From Heptranchias perlo (Eukaryota), in contig NC_090363.1 of the NCBI RefSeq assembly GCF_035084215.1, positions 11,098,001 to 11,162,000 of the forward strand: 64,000 bases of DNA, given 5' to 3'. The notes under the pieces are model-generated. The model had not been told where the DNA came from, did not search any database, and was given only the letters and a program-made list of their open reading frames with translations. Numbering within the stretch: the stretch's first letter is position 1; each line of letters begins with the position of its first letter. This document shows positions 50,885 to 63,836 of this stretch, in pieces. The position numbers and the translations under genes were made by a program.

Positions 50885-51555
50885 CGGGCTTCGGATTGGT
50901 GTCAGCCTCGCCCACCTTGTCTGTTTTGCCGGCCTGGGATTCGGGCAGTTCCTGCGGACGAGCCCCATCTCCTTACAGTCGGGGGCACCGCACACGCCCC
51001 GATGTCCAGAGGACGCGGTGGGCCGTCCCCTGGTGACTCACATAAAAGCCACCCTGGGTTTCCTCCTCCCGGGCCGGCTGCATGTAGGTCTGGTGCCGGA
51101 AGGATTGGACCTGACGGAGGTTCGTCTCCCTGAGGCCGAGCGGGATCGGTGCAACATCTGTCCTCACCTCTCCCAGTTGAATTCGAGGGAGGAGGAGCTC
51201 GTTGGGGATCAATGGCGGGATATTTGTTAAAATGATTCTCTGCCTCCCGCCCTGGAGAGGATCCACCAGCAGGAATCTCCCGCCCACCGTGAGCCCCTTA
51301 TTGAGGGCCAGGAACACAGCCCGCTCCGACCTCAGGAAGAACACGGCCTTCCCGGACATTTCAGAGGCGGCGACAATGAATGAGGGGCCGACAACCCCAG
51401 ACATGGTCTTCACACAGGCTTCAATGGGCATGTTGGGCTGAGTGTAGCTCTTGACCCCATTCTGTTTCGTAAAGAGGCGAAAAGGTGCCTGGGCAGCAGG
51501 AGCAGCTGCGGAGGCCAAGCCCGCGTCCGTCCGGCTTGTACCGGGCACCGGCGAA
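50885..51555 (-). mobile_element. Tx1 ORF1 fragment upstream of copy 3
   Basis: 191-aa ORF 51548-50973 plus shifted knuckle CPDCKEMGLVRRNC (CCHC with H>L). Confidence 0.82.
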
Positions 51556-51989
51556 GGTGGAGTCGCCCGATGAAAATTGGGAGCTGCACTTCACCCAAAG
51601 AGAGAGAGAGAGGGAAGGAAAGGGTGGAAGGAGGGAGAGAAAGAGAGGGAGAGAGAGGGAAGGAACGGCGGAAAGGAGGAGGAGGGAGAGAGGGAAGGAG
51701 GGAGAGAGAGATGGATGGAGACAAGGAGGTAAACTGTAGAAGTGGGGGAAACGGTGAGTTGGGTGGGGTGCACTCGACTGGTGTTTTTCCTCCTCTTCTT
51801 GGTTGGGGGACAGAGACGTCTTCACCCAGACAGCTGAAGCTGCCGAGGCTCACTGCTCCCCAAGGTGTTCATTGCAAAAAGACTTCACCCAGGCAGCTCC
51901 AGCTGTACTGGGCCAGGCAATGGAGTTGTTCATAACAAGTATATTTTTAATATCGCACTCGCCCTTGTTCCGGCCTTGTCCACCACCTG

Positions 51990-52205
51990 TCTGATTGATC
52001 GTCCCCGGGCTCCCTGATTCTCGGCCCCGCCCTTTCAGTCTGATTGACAGACTCCGGGCTCCCTCACTCCTTGCTCCGCCCCCTCAGTCTGATTGACAGT
52101 CCCCGGTCTCGTTCACTCCCAGCCCCGCCCCCTCAGCCTGATTGACAGTCCCCGGGCTTCCTCACTCCAAGCCCCGCCCCCTCAGCCTGATTGACAGTCC
52201 CCGGG
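51990..52205. promoter_or_regulatory. same 48-bp array (~5 units) upstream of copy 3
   Basis: Same unit. Confidence 0.55.
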
Positions 52206-52281
52206 TGTCGATGCCGTGCTTTCCATGACCTGCGAGTTCTTCCTGGGACAGCTTAGAGGGAGCTTCAACCTGCATCTAACC

Positions 52282-53790
52282 CTTAAGACCAGAAGAGATA
52301 GGAGCAGGAGTAGGGCATTCGGCCCCTCGAGCCTGCTCCGCCATTGAATGAGATCATGGCTGATCTGATTTTTCCCTCAACTCCACTTTCCCGCCCTTTC
52401 CCCACATCCTTTGACTGCCTTGCTGATCAAAAATGTGTCTAACTCAGCCTTGATTGTATTCAATGACTCGGCCTCCACAGCTTTTTGGGATAAAGAATTC
52501 CAAAGATTCATGACCCTTTGGGAGAAGAAATTCCTCCTCATTTCCGTCTTAAACGGGCGACCCCTTATTCAGAGACTTTGACCCCTAGTTTTAGATTCCC
52601 CCACGAGGGGTAACATCCTCTCAGCATCTACCCAATCGAGTCCCCTCAGAATTTTGTATGTTTCATAAGATCTCCTCTCATTCTTCTAAACTCCAATGAG
52701 TATGGACCAAACCTGATCAATCTTTTCTCATAAGACAGCCCTTCCATCTCTGGAATCAACCTCGTGAAGCTTCTCTGAACTGCCTCCAATGCAAGTATGT
52801 CCTTCCTTAAATAAGGGTACCAGAACTGTATGCCGTACTCCAGGTGTGGCCTCACCAGCACCCTGTACAGTTGTAGCATGACTTCCCTGCTTTCATACTT
52901 CATCCCCCTAGAAATAAAGGCCAATTATCCGTTTGCCTTCCAGATTAACTGCTGCACCTGTATGTTGATTTTTTTATGTCTAATGTACGAGGAAACCCAT
53001 ATCCCACTGTATGGCAGCACTTTGTAGTATTTCTCCATTCAAATAATATTTTGCTTTGTTATTTTTCCTCCCAAAGTAAATGACTTCACATGTTCCCACA
53101 TTATAGTCCATCTGCCAAATTTTTGCCAATTCGCTTAACCTGTCAATATCCCTTTGAAGACACTTTGTGTCCTCATCGCAACCTGCTTTCCCACCTATCT
53201 TTGCATCATCAGCAAATTTGGCCACAAGACACTCTGTTTCTTCATCCAAGTCATTGATATATATTGTAAATAGTTGAGGCCCCAGCACTGATCCCTGCGG
53301 CACCCCACTAGTTACACATTGCCATTTGAAAATGACTCTTTTATCCCAACTCTTTGTTTTCTGTAAGTAAGCCAATCCTCTATCCATGCCAGTATATTAC
53401 CGGCAACACCATGAAGTCTCATCTTGTGCAGTAATCTTTTATGAGGCACCTTATTGAATGCCTTTTGGAAATCCAAATATACTGCATCCATTGGTTCCCC
53501 TTTATCAACTATGCCTGTTACTTCCTCAAAGAACTCTAATAAATTTGTCAGACATGATTTCACCTTCATAAAACCATGTTGACTCTCCTTCATTGTATTA
53601 TGAGTCTTCAAATGTCCTGCGACTACTTCCTTATGAATGGATTCTAGCATATTCCGAATGACAGATGTTAGGCTAACTGGGCTATAGTCACTTGCTTTTT
53701 GTAACTCCCTTCTTGAATAAGGGTGTTACGTTTGCGGTTTTCCAATCCACCGGGACCTTTCCAGAATCTAGTGAATTCTGGAAGATTGCA
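52282..53790 (-). mobile_element. 5'-truncated CR1 LINE (duplicate of 39086-40475)
   Basis: YLDFQKAFNKVPH, SGVPQGSVLGPQLF, FADD. Confidence 0.92.
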
Positions 53791-54294
53791 ACCAATTGCA
53801 ACCAACCCGTGCTGTGCCTGGCCTGGGACTGTTTTTAGAACAGTGTTGGCAGATCTCTGGGGGCCGATTGACTCAGTGCCGCCTGATTGGGGAGTGATGT
53901 GTGTTTTGGGATAAGATCAAATAAATGCAAAGTAGAAGAAGAAAAGAAAGTAGTCACTAAGTTCGGTACCTCTGAAGAAGGCAATTAATCTCCTGAAAAA
54001 GAAAATGAAAGGAAACATAACTTTAACATTGTGCCATCACAGTGTGGTCAGTGAGCATATCTGCATTGTCACTTGCTAATTAAGTGTTTAATTTCAAAAT
54101 ACTGTTCGGCCAGAGAACTTGGAATTTTATTCTGAATTTAGCATACGGTGTAATCCACCTGGGAGTACTTCATGTACAACGTGAAAATGTTTTTCATTTC
54201 CCAGCACCGGGAACCCTGCTCTCGATGGATACTGGGAGACACCAGCAGAGGGAGGTGGATAAAGGTGAGACTGAGTACAGAGATGCTGAGATAC

Positions 54295-55230
54295 ACCAGG
54301 TGATAATTTGTGAGGTGCTTGAGGTGTTGGTAGAGGTGGTCCAGGTCTGGTCTATTGTCCGATGCTCCACTGTCACAATCATCCGAGTCATCGCCCACTT
54401 TGTCTGGAGTTCCAAGACAGACTGCTTCCACTGGGACACCATGTACAAGACCCCCAGACAAAAGGGGGGAAGGGCATCAACAACGCTGCCCTGATCCTGA
54501 TGGCCGCCTTTCTGCGTGGCTGCCTCAGGACTTGGGTAGAGCCCCATTATGCAAACACCAAGTGTCACTTCGTGCTCAGTTTCTACCTGTCCACCACACT
54601 GAGAAGATTAAGTTCCCTGGCCCTCCCTGTGCGTTCTTTCCTGCACGCACAGAATCTCCGCGCCACTGCGAGCTGTCGTCGATGCTGCAGTGGGAATGAG
54701 AACTTTGCTCAACTTGGACTGCCCCTTCACAAAGAGAGTGTGGAGAGAGATGCGTTGATATTTGTCTCAGATCATCGCCAACCGCTCGGTAACAAAGGAA
54801 TCTGTGCTCTACAGGCTGTTCCCCGGGACGCAAACAGAGACAGATATCAACTGCTGCTGGAAGACGATCAACTCAGTGAAGGAGGCCCTTTGGTCTGCCC
54901 AAAACCGAGTGGTCTTCCAGCTCAAGCACGACCGAGTGCTGCCGATTGGCACACTCCAAAGTCCAGGAGTACGTGCTTTGGAACGAACTGAAGTGAGGTG
55001 CGCTCTCCTCAAGGGCTCCATGGGGAAAGGCCACCGTGTAAGGCCATCCCACCTTGTATTGTGCACCATATATTAGGAGATATGTACTGTGTTTGAATTG
55101 CAATATTGGGATCGTTTGTGAACGATCTGTATTGTATTGTTTTGTATTGTATTGCTTTCGAATTGTTTTTTTTATATTGTATCTTTAAATTCTACGAAAT
55201 AAAGTATACCTTGAATTTTTTAAATAAAAG
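54295..55230 (+). mobile_element. Tx1-like ORF2 3' fragment (duplicate)
   Basis: SVTKESVLYRLFPGTQTETDINCCWKTINSVKEALWSAQN. Confidence 0.8.
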
Positions 55231-55359
55231 ACTGTCTCTGTACCTTTAAAAACTATGTCTCACTGCACAAGTATTTGAAATATATTGTAGGACGGTGTGA
55301 TTGTTCCTGTACCTTTAAACTCTCAGACTCACTGCACAGTTATTTCAAGTGTATTGAAG

Positions 55360-55947
55360 GGTGATGTGTGAGGGAGGAGGGTCTGTGAGGTGATGTGTGT
55401 GGGAGGAGGGTCTGTGAGGTGATGTGTGTGGGAGGAGGGTCTGTGAGGTGATGTGTGTGGGAGGAGGGTCTGTGAGGTGATGTGTGTGGGAGGAGGGTCT
55501 GTGAGGTGATGTGTGTGGGAGGAGGGTCTGTGAGGTGATGTGTGTGAGAGGAGGGTCTGTGAGGTGATGTGTGTGGGAGGAGGGTCTGTGAGGTGATGTG
55601 TGAGGGAGGAGGGTCTGTGAGGTGATGTGTGTGGGAGGAGGGTCTGTGAGGTGATGTGTGTGGGAGGAGGGTCTGTGAGGTGATGTGTGTGGGAGGAGGG
55701 TCTGTGAGGTGATGTGTGTGGGAGGAGGGTCTGTGAGGTGATGTGTGTGGGAGGAGGGTCTGTGAGGTGATGTGTGGGAGGAGGGTCTGTGAGGTGATGT
55801 GTGTGGGAGGAGGGTCTGTGAGGTGATGTGTGTGGGAGGAGGGTCTGTGAGGTGATGTGTGTGGGAGGAGGGTCTGTGAGGTGATGTGTGTGGGAGGAGG
55901 GTCTGTGAGGTGATGTGTGTGGGACGAGGGTCTGTGAGGTGATGTGG
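55360..55947. repeat. 29-bp G-rich VNTR (~20 units)
   Basis: Same unit as 29875-30290. Confidence 0.95.
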
Positions 55948-57584
55948 GAGCAGCGCCTTGGTGCAGGGTGAGGATTGTGCTCTTGATTTCCTCCCTCCCC
56001 TCTTTCTTTCTCTTCCTTTCCTCTCCTTCCTTTCACTCTCTTTTCATTCCTCTTATTTCTTACTCTTTCTTTCTGCCTCCAGCTCCATTGTCTGTATCGT
56101 CTTTTAAAGCGTTTCATTCCCTCATCCTATTTCCCTTGCCTTGCCCCTCTCTCGCGTTCCCTTTTTCATCTCTCTGTTTTCACTTTCTCGCTCTCTCTTT
56201 TCTCTTTCTCTCTCTTTTCTTGCTTCCCTCTTTCATTCTTTTTTCATCATCTCTCATTCATTTTTCTCTCTATTTACACTTTCTCGCTCTCTCCTTTATT
56301 TCTCTCTCTCTCTTTCCTTTCTCTCCTCTTCATCCGGCGAGAATAGTATGGGAGAGGGTTCCCACCACGGTCCAGGAATCGCAATCCCCCGGGGTAAATC
56401 TCCCTCACTGTGACCTGACCCCCATGGTATCATTCCCCCCCCCCCCACCGCGCTCTCCCTGCCATCACCGCTGCAGTGCACTGGACATTACAATATACTG
56501 GACCTTGCAATGCACCAGATATTACTTCACTGGTGGTGTTCAGGCAGCTTCAAGAATCCAAACTGGTGGCCCTTGTGGAGAAATGGAGACATATTGTTGA
56601 GTATTTTGGATTTTAACGTTTATTTCCCAAGCTCTTCCAAAGGGCAGGCTATTGACAACATATAGTCATGGCCACTAAATTTATTAACGTGACATAGTTG
56701 ATACAATAAAATGAGAATATTAACATTTGGTATTGAGTTACAAAAAAGGTAAGTAAAGAGCATGCATTACCACTTGTTCTGATCAGCTGCTTTCCAATCG
56801 AATAAACACAGAGCTTCGCTCACACTGAGAGTGTTCTGTGCTTAATCGATTGTCAGGCTCGTGGTAGCAAGATCAGTCATATCAAAGTGATTGCAAGAGT
56901 ATCAACTCCTCAATATTCTCGCTGGAACAATGACAGAAACGAAATATATCTGGAAAGTTACATTTCTGTGCAGTTATGGACATTGACATGCAATTAGTCC
57001 CAGTGACACTTGGAAACACCCAAGGGAACTAAAACAAGATTTCAAGATAATTACAGGTGAGGAAGGCCTTTCTGCCCATCTTGATCCATCCATCCAGACA
57101 GATCTTAACATCACCCCATTGTAGCATCAAATTGTTTCTGAAATGATTCCAGGGTTCTTGTTTCCATCGCTCTATCTGGAACCTCACTCCACAAGATGAT
57201 GACACTTTGGGGTGGAAACAAGGTGGTAGTACCCCCAAAAATGGTGGGCAGAGACAGAGGAGAATTAAAACTTGGGCAATGCTCCGTCAGTGCTGCACTG
57301 AAGTGTCAGCCTGGATTATGTGCTCAAGTCTGTGGGGCGAAAGAGAGGCAGGAGGGTTCCATGGGAGTACGAATAATTGGATGGCTCTTTCAAAGAGCAG
57401 CCACAGGCAAGATGGATTGAATGGCCTCCTGCGCTGCACGGTTCGAAATGAGGCTGGTTTGTAATTTAAATGGGATTATCACCTGACTCGGGACTATCCG
57501 CACCACCTGTGACTGAGGCCGACGCCCAGCAGTTTGCAGCTGGCAGGAGGCAGGTCGGCGGTGTGGAATTATGGGATGGACCTG

Positions 57585-60500
57585 TTAGTGACCTTTAACC
57601 CCGCGGATTGTCAGCGGTGCTGAGTTTCTCCCGTCGTCATTCAGTCCTGGACTGAAGATCGGAAAGATTCTCTCAGTGAAAGTGTGGGTGAAAGTGTGGA
57701 GATGGGACATGTTGTCCGCATTGTAAAATGACACCTGTCCTCCCTCATAGTCCAGGTGCACCCCGATCATCCAGGGCTTCACACTCGGGGTGAGGGGGGT
57801 CCGTGAGGGGGAGGTGGCGGCAAAATAACCAGTTCCAGGATTCAGCCGCACAGTCCAGTATCCGGTCTCAGGTCTCGGGTCGATGATCACTTTCCTGTTA
57901 ACAGACACACGGGCCACTCCCACTCTCCACCAAGTCTTGTTCCCCACCTCCACCTCCCAGTAGTGTCTCCCTGATGTGAATCCCTCCGATCCCAGGACAC
58001 AGGCCACACAATCAAACCTCTCCGGGGTGTCAGGGATCGGCTGCCGTTTCTCTCCGTCTCTCACACTGGTCCGGTCCTCAGATACGATGAGCCGGGGATG
58101 GGCTGTATTCGGATCCAGAGTCAGAGAGGCTGGAGCTGGGGGAAGGTTAAAATAACACAGTCAGTGAGTGATTTATTCAAACACTTTCCTGTTTAAAGTG
58201 CCCACTCGGGAAGTTCCCGGGACCTCTGGTGTTTTTAAAGGGTTCCAGGTTCTGTGATTGGAATCTGCTCCCACCCGGGGGTAGACGCTCCTGGGGCCGC
58301 TCTGACTTCCAAACCCAGTGAGAGCTGAGCGGGGACCGGGCGCACCTTGTGTTTTATTTTTGTCTTTCTTCAGCCCCTGACGCCCTGCTTCGACACCGAC
58401 CCGCCACAAGGAACCCAGCGCCCCCTTGCCCTTCCCACTCCCCACCCCACCCAGAATCCCATGTGGTTCTCAGCCCCTGCAGAGTGACCCTCGGGCCTGT
58501 AGAAATAAACAAGGAACCGGCACCAAGAGGCTCCGACGTGACTTGGAGCACAATCTCGGCCCGGAGATGTTACCCCTGATATCCCACATCACCAATCAGC
58601 TCGATTAACGAGGGAAGATGGGGTGTGGAGGCGGAAATAGGATACCAGAAGGAAAGAAAATGAAGAAAGGGTGAAAGAAGTAAAAAGTAAGGAGGGGAAC
58701 CGCTGCAGAAGAGAAGAAAGAACCGAGAGAGAGTGGAGGGGAACTAAACTCATCAGAGGGAATGGGAACCACAACAGATCCCGCAGAGGGCGGGGCGGAA
58801 AGAGCGCTCGCGGGGCAAACAGTGAGGAAGGGAGAGAGTAAAGAGTGCAAGGGGAAAATTAGAAAAGCAAGGGGATAAAGAAGCTGCGGTCCACAACTCG
58901 ATGTGTCCAACAGCCTGACTCGGAACTCGAGATATACTGGAACAACCGGGCAGTCTCAGATTCAGAGAAACCCGCCCCCGTAATAGAAAAAAACACCCTG
59001 GACACAACAAATCGACATCATCCTGAATACAGTCCATCAACAAAATTATATCCAGGAATCTCAACAGACTCCAACACAAAATCAGCCAAAACAAAACGGA
59101 TCTACATAAAAGGAGAGGTGGGAGTGTCATTTCTACAGGAGACCCTCCTCACCATATGTGAACTGCTGCAGCCTCAGAACAGGGCAAGGACATCATTGCT
59201 TGTGGATGTCAAGGTAACGGTGGCACTGAACTTTAATGGCTTTGGATCCATTCAGGTCTCTGCTGGCGATATTCTTGACAGAGAGAAGCAGAATGACCAA
59301 GCACGAGTGTGTGCCGCATTGCAGGCTTCCCCATGGTGCAGGGTGTCTTTGACTGCACGCATATAGCCATGTGTGTTCCATATCTCAACTCAGCCATCGT
59401 TATGAGCAGAAGGGGTTCGACTCCCTCAATTTGCAGCTGGTATGTGACCGCACGCAGTGCATCATGCAGCTCAATGCAGTCATGACGCCTCCATTGTGCT
59501 GCAGTCCAATCTACAAAATACCTTTGAACCGGCTCCATAAATCAATGGCTGGCTACAGGGTGACAATCGCTATCCCTTCATGAGGTGGCTTGTGATTCCG
59601 TTCAGTCACGCATGCACGCGCACAGACCGGCCTACAATGAGAGCCATGCAGCCACATGAAATGTCATTGTGCAAACCACAGGAATCTTATAGCAACGTTT
59701 CCGCTGCCTGGACCATTCTGGAGGAGCCCTGCATTACTCAGCTGAGCGGGTGTCCAGATACGTCGTGTTATGTTGCATGCTGCAAAAACTCGCCCTTATG
59801 AAGGAACAGCCCTTGCCACCGCCTATCCACCAACTCCCTGAGCCAGAGGCAGAGGAGGAGGAGGGCGAGGAGGAAGTGGAGGAAGAGGAAGTGTCAAGAG
59901 CAACAAAATGCACAGGCCCTGTCTGCCAGGGCTCTTCATGCTCACCTTATTCAAGAGCGATATCTGTAACCTCATTGACAACTCCCAAGTCACCAACAGT
60001 CCTACACTCCTCACATTTCCTCTCCCTCATGACCATCAAATCGCCCTCCACGTGACTGCACATTGCTTCCTCCCACAGCTTAAAGCGTAAATAAAAACCA
60101 CCACCAACTGCGACTTCCAAACAAACATTTATCAGATTGCAGATTAACTCAAGTATAAAACCATTCACCTTTGTGAATTCCGTCAGTGCCTTTCATTCGT
60201 CTGCCTTTGCCCTTCCTGGTGCTTCTACGAGATGCACCCCTGTGGCTGGAGCATGGGTGGTGGAAGGTTGCTGACCTTCAATTGAGGTGCATACAGAGGA
60301 AAAATCGGAGCAACTCTGGACCAGGAGGGTCCGGATTAGACTGCACCATCTGGACATGGAATGCAGCAGTCTAGCCTGGCAGGCTGACAGGCAACAGCAA
60401 GGGCACTAACAGAGAGGCAGGGCTGGGAGCAGCAAAACTGTCATCCTGAGAGAGGACAGCAAGTTCGACTGCCATGGCGCCATTGCCAGTCGAATGGGGC

Positions 60501-63500
60501 GGCACCTCAGCAATCCTGGTGATCAACTGAAGAGCAGATGGATGGAGTGCTGTGACGCCGTGGAAGCCCCGTTCCACAGTGGTACCTTCCGGCGAGCGGG
60601 CACCTGTGGTATCCGTTCACCCCGCCCCGGCTCCTGTGAACTTGTGCCCATTGTCTCAGCACGTGCCGATCCCTGCTCTAATCTAGTCTCTACACTAAAC
60701 GTGGTGTCAGTATCTCAGCTGGTGGATGCGAGTGTCAGATCAAGAGCTGGTGTGGCTTCATTATCCTGTCTTTCTCATCCTCCACCTCAGATAGTGCCGG
60801 CTCAAGTCTTGCGTATCTGCAATGAAAAAAGGAGACGGGTTGAGCTGTGGAGCGGTGAGAGGAGCAAGTAAGACGTGCGTGCTGACACCATCTACAGCAC
60901 ATTAGTCAGAAAATATTGTGGGATGTGGGAAACGAAAAGTAGAAGTAGGTATGTCGAGAACCTCTTCGTTGGGACCTCCAGCGCGCCACTTGCCATCGCC
61001 ACAGCAATGGCCCGCCCAATTATCCAAAGCACAGTCACCTCCAGAGGAGTGAGGACGTGCAGGAGTGCTGATACTCCCTGAGGTCTTTCACACTGCCCGC
61101 TGATATGCACCATCTTCTGTTGCAAGACAGAGAGAAGAATGTCAGTGAGTGTCCTGTAAGAAGTTTGGGTGATGTGCCGGTCATGGGTGAAGAACTGCCG
61201 GTATATGTGACCTGTGAGTGGTGGGTGTGTGGATTGAAAGTGTGGTGTTATGTGAGGGTGAGATGCAGACTGCGAATTGCAGCATTGTGTACAGATGGGC
61301 AGCGTTTGTTGGTGGGTGGGTGACGGGGGTGGGGGGTGGGTGTCATCTTGGAGCAGTGTTGTGATTGATAGGATGTGTCACTTGACACTTGCATTCACTC
61401 ACCTTGACCACTTGTGTCAAATCATTGAACTTCTTCTGGCACTTCACTCACATGCGTGGTGCAATGCTCCTGGCATTCACATCCACGGCCACTTCCTCCC
61501 TCTGCCTCCGCAGTTGGTGTCTGGAGGGTCTCCTGCCGCCGTGCAGGTACAGGATGGCTCTCCGTTCGTCCACTTACTCAGCCAGGGCCTCCACTGAGCT
61601 GTCGGAGAACCTCGATAAATTCTCTCTTGCCGGTCTACTCGTTCTAATTGTTATCCTCCACTGCTTGCATTTGCAGTGCACTTCCCCTTTAAGAAGTGGA
61701 GGCGGCCTTGAACTTGTGCTGGCCACGCCCCATATTGAGCCTCCTGGTGGGTGCAGCCTCTCGCCAAGGATAGCGCTGGCCGCAGGTACAAATAATGGAA
61801 ATGAGCCTGAAGCATGAATCTCGCCTGATGCCTGCATCGGAAACAGCGGGCGCGGGTTAATCGCACACCGCGACCGTCGCGCCCGAATTCGGGCGTTCGC
61901 GAATTTAACCCCCACTCTCTTTGATATAATCTGATTCGTTATAATAAGAAATGAGTTGCAAATCAGCACAAAGAATCATCTCGGACTTTTACCGGGTTTG
62001 ATGGCATCAATCATTTCTCTCCACACTGTGTACTGTAAAGGGCCGTTGAATTTTTCGATCGACAGGGCGCCATCTGCTAATGACAGTAATTGACCATCCT
62101 CGCTAATCCTGCAAATATTCAATAGTTGGTTATAAATTGATCATAAACACCTTTCTGAGTTATTTTACCAAACTGTGCAGAGTTTCAGTAAAGAACATGT
62201 CCTACCTCCTCTTCTGACAAATTTTCTCCTGAAATAAATAAAACACAAATCTAAGTTGACAGACACTGACCATCTATATCCGGACAGCAGAATTAGCCCA
62301 AATTGTGATAATCTGTTAATAATTCTGAATTCTCACTGCTGCCGGCACACAGATTGAAAGATTACATTACAAAAAGGTACAGAAGCACCGGAGAAAGTGC
62401 AAAAAGTTCCATGTCCGATATATTTGAAAGCCGGACAGAAGAAATTACACCCAAATTATTAAATGCTTCTCATAGAAACAGGGTATGGCTGAAAAATCTT
62501 ATTTGTTTCAGACGATGGAAATCAGCATCAGTCCCCCTCACAGACACAGTGACTCTCACACCCACCGGACCAGACACACCCACACACTCACTCAATGTAA
62601 CTGTAACTGCATTGCAATGTGAGTTTCAGGAGAATATTAAACTCGTGGGCAACACGGAAATAATTACAAGCTAAATATCAAGATCAGGGCAAATCATTCC
62701 CGGGGTGGTTGCTGGTATTCCAGGGATTCTGTAGACATTGTGTGAGGCCGATTAGTTCGGTGACAATAACAGATCCGCCTCGGAATAGACAAAAAATCGA
62801 TCGATTTACAACAGTCCCGAATTATCTGGAAATTCTGCATTTACTTCAAAATTCTTGCCCATCATTTTGTGACTGTGAACATTCACTGAACTAAACTGAA
62901 ATATAATCCTCACCTTCAGAAATATCACTCCGTCTTTTTCCTCTATCTGGTTTTGGAACTTTGAGAGCTTTTCCTGAATAGAATTTAAATTCTCTTGAAT
63001 TTCTCGAAGATTTTCCTCCATTGGTTCGAGAATCCTCTCCTCTTCTTCCCTGAGATCTCTGATTAAACGCTGCTCTTTCTCACTGAGAATCTGGTGCATT
63101 TTAGCGAACTCGGATGTGATGCGGGTCTGCAGACTGCTCGACTGTTCCTACAAAATGAAATGTGAAAAATAATAATGTACCGCGATAAAGGAACAAAACT
63201 AACCGAGTTCGCAGAGAATCAGCTCAGGGAGACCTCACCCTAACTTTGGAAATCTGCTGCTTCTGTTTCAGTTCAGTTTCCAGAACCGCCGTTTTCTTGT
63301 CTGTGAGAGAATCTAAGGAAGATTTCAGCTGATCCTGGGATTGGGATCAAAAAATCACAGAATGAATGTGTTCGACCATGAAAATGTGATCAAATAATCA
63401 GGTGATCAAATCTGTTCCCTTTTACCTTGTAGATTTCAACAGCTTCTTTAATCGGCATGAAGTGGTGGTCTCTGTGTTCCCGCGCATCTCTACAAGTGTA

Positions 63501-63836
63501 ACAGATCAGTTTCTTTTCAGTTTCACAAAACAGCTTCAGTTCTTCCTGATGTTCCTCACAGTGAAGTTTACTTTCCTTCTCTTCCGGATTCAGGTTTAAT
63601 TTTCGAGCTTTCTCGGCCAGATTCGCTAAGGCCCGATTGGCCCTGAAGTTTCTTTCCGGAAACTCCTCTCTACATTCCGGGCAGGAGTTTGTTTCCTTCT
63701 GTTCACAACACTGTGCGATACAGGAGCGGCAGAAGTTATGCCCACACTCCAGTATAACCGGATCAGTGAACAAATCAAGACAGATGGGACAAATTGCCTC
63801 CTCGGTCAAATACTCGGCCTGCCGTCTGGAAGCCAT
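57585..63836 (-). CDS. TRIM paralogue copy 4, intact 476-aa RING-Bbox2-CC-PRY/SPRY protein
   Basis: Exons 63836-63426, 63334-63239, 63147-62914, 62228-62206, 62108-61993, 58135-57585; GT-AG, same lengths as copy 2. Confidence 0.93.
59108..61913 (+). mobile_element. decayed Harbinger transposon in intron 5 of copy 4
   Basis: Colinear with the copy 1 element and shares its internal deletions. Confidence 0.88.

Noticed and set aside
55329-56117. Long His/Pro/Thr-rich ORFs (also 29843-30384)
   Set aside because: Translations of the stop-free 29-bp VNTR.
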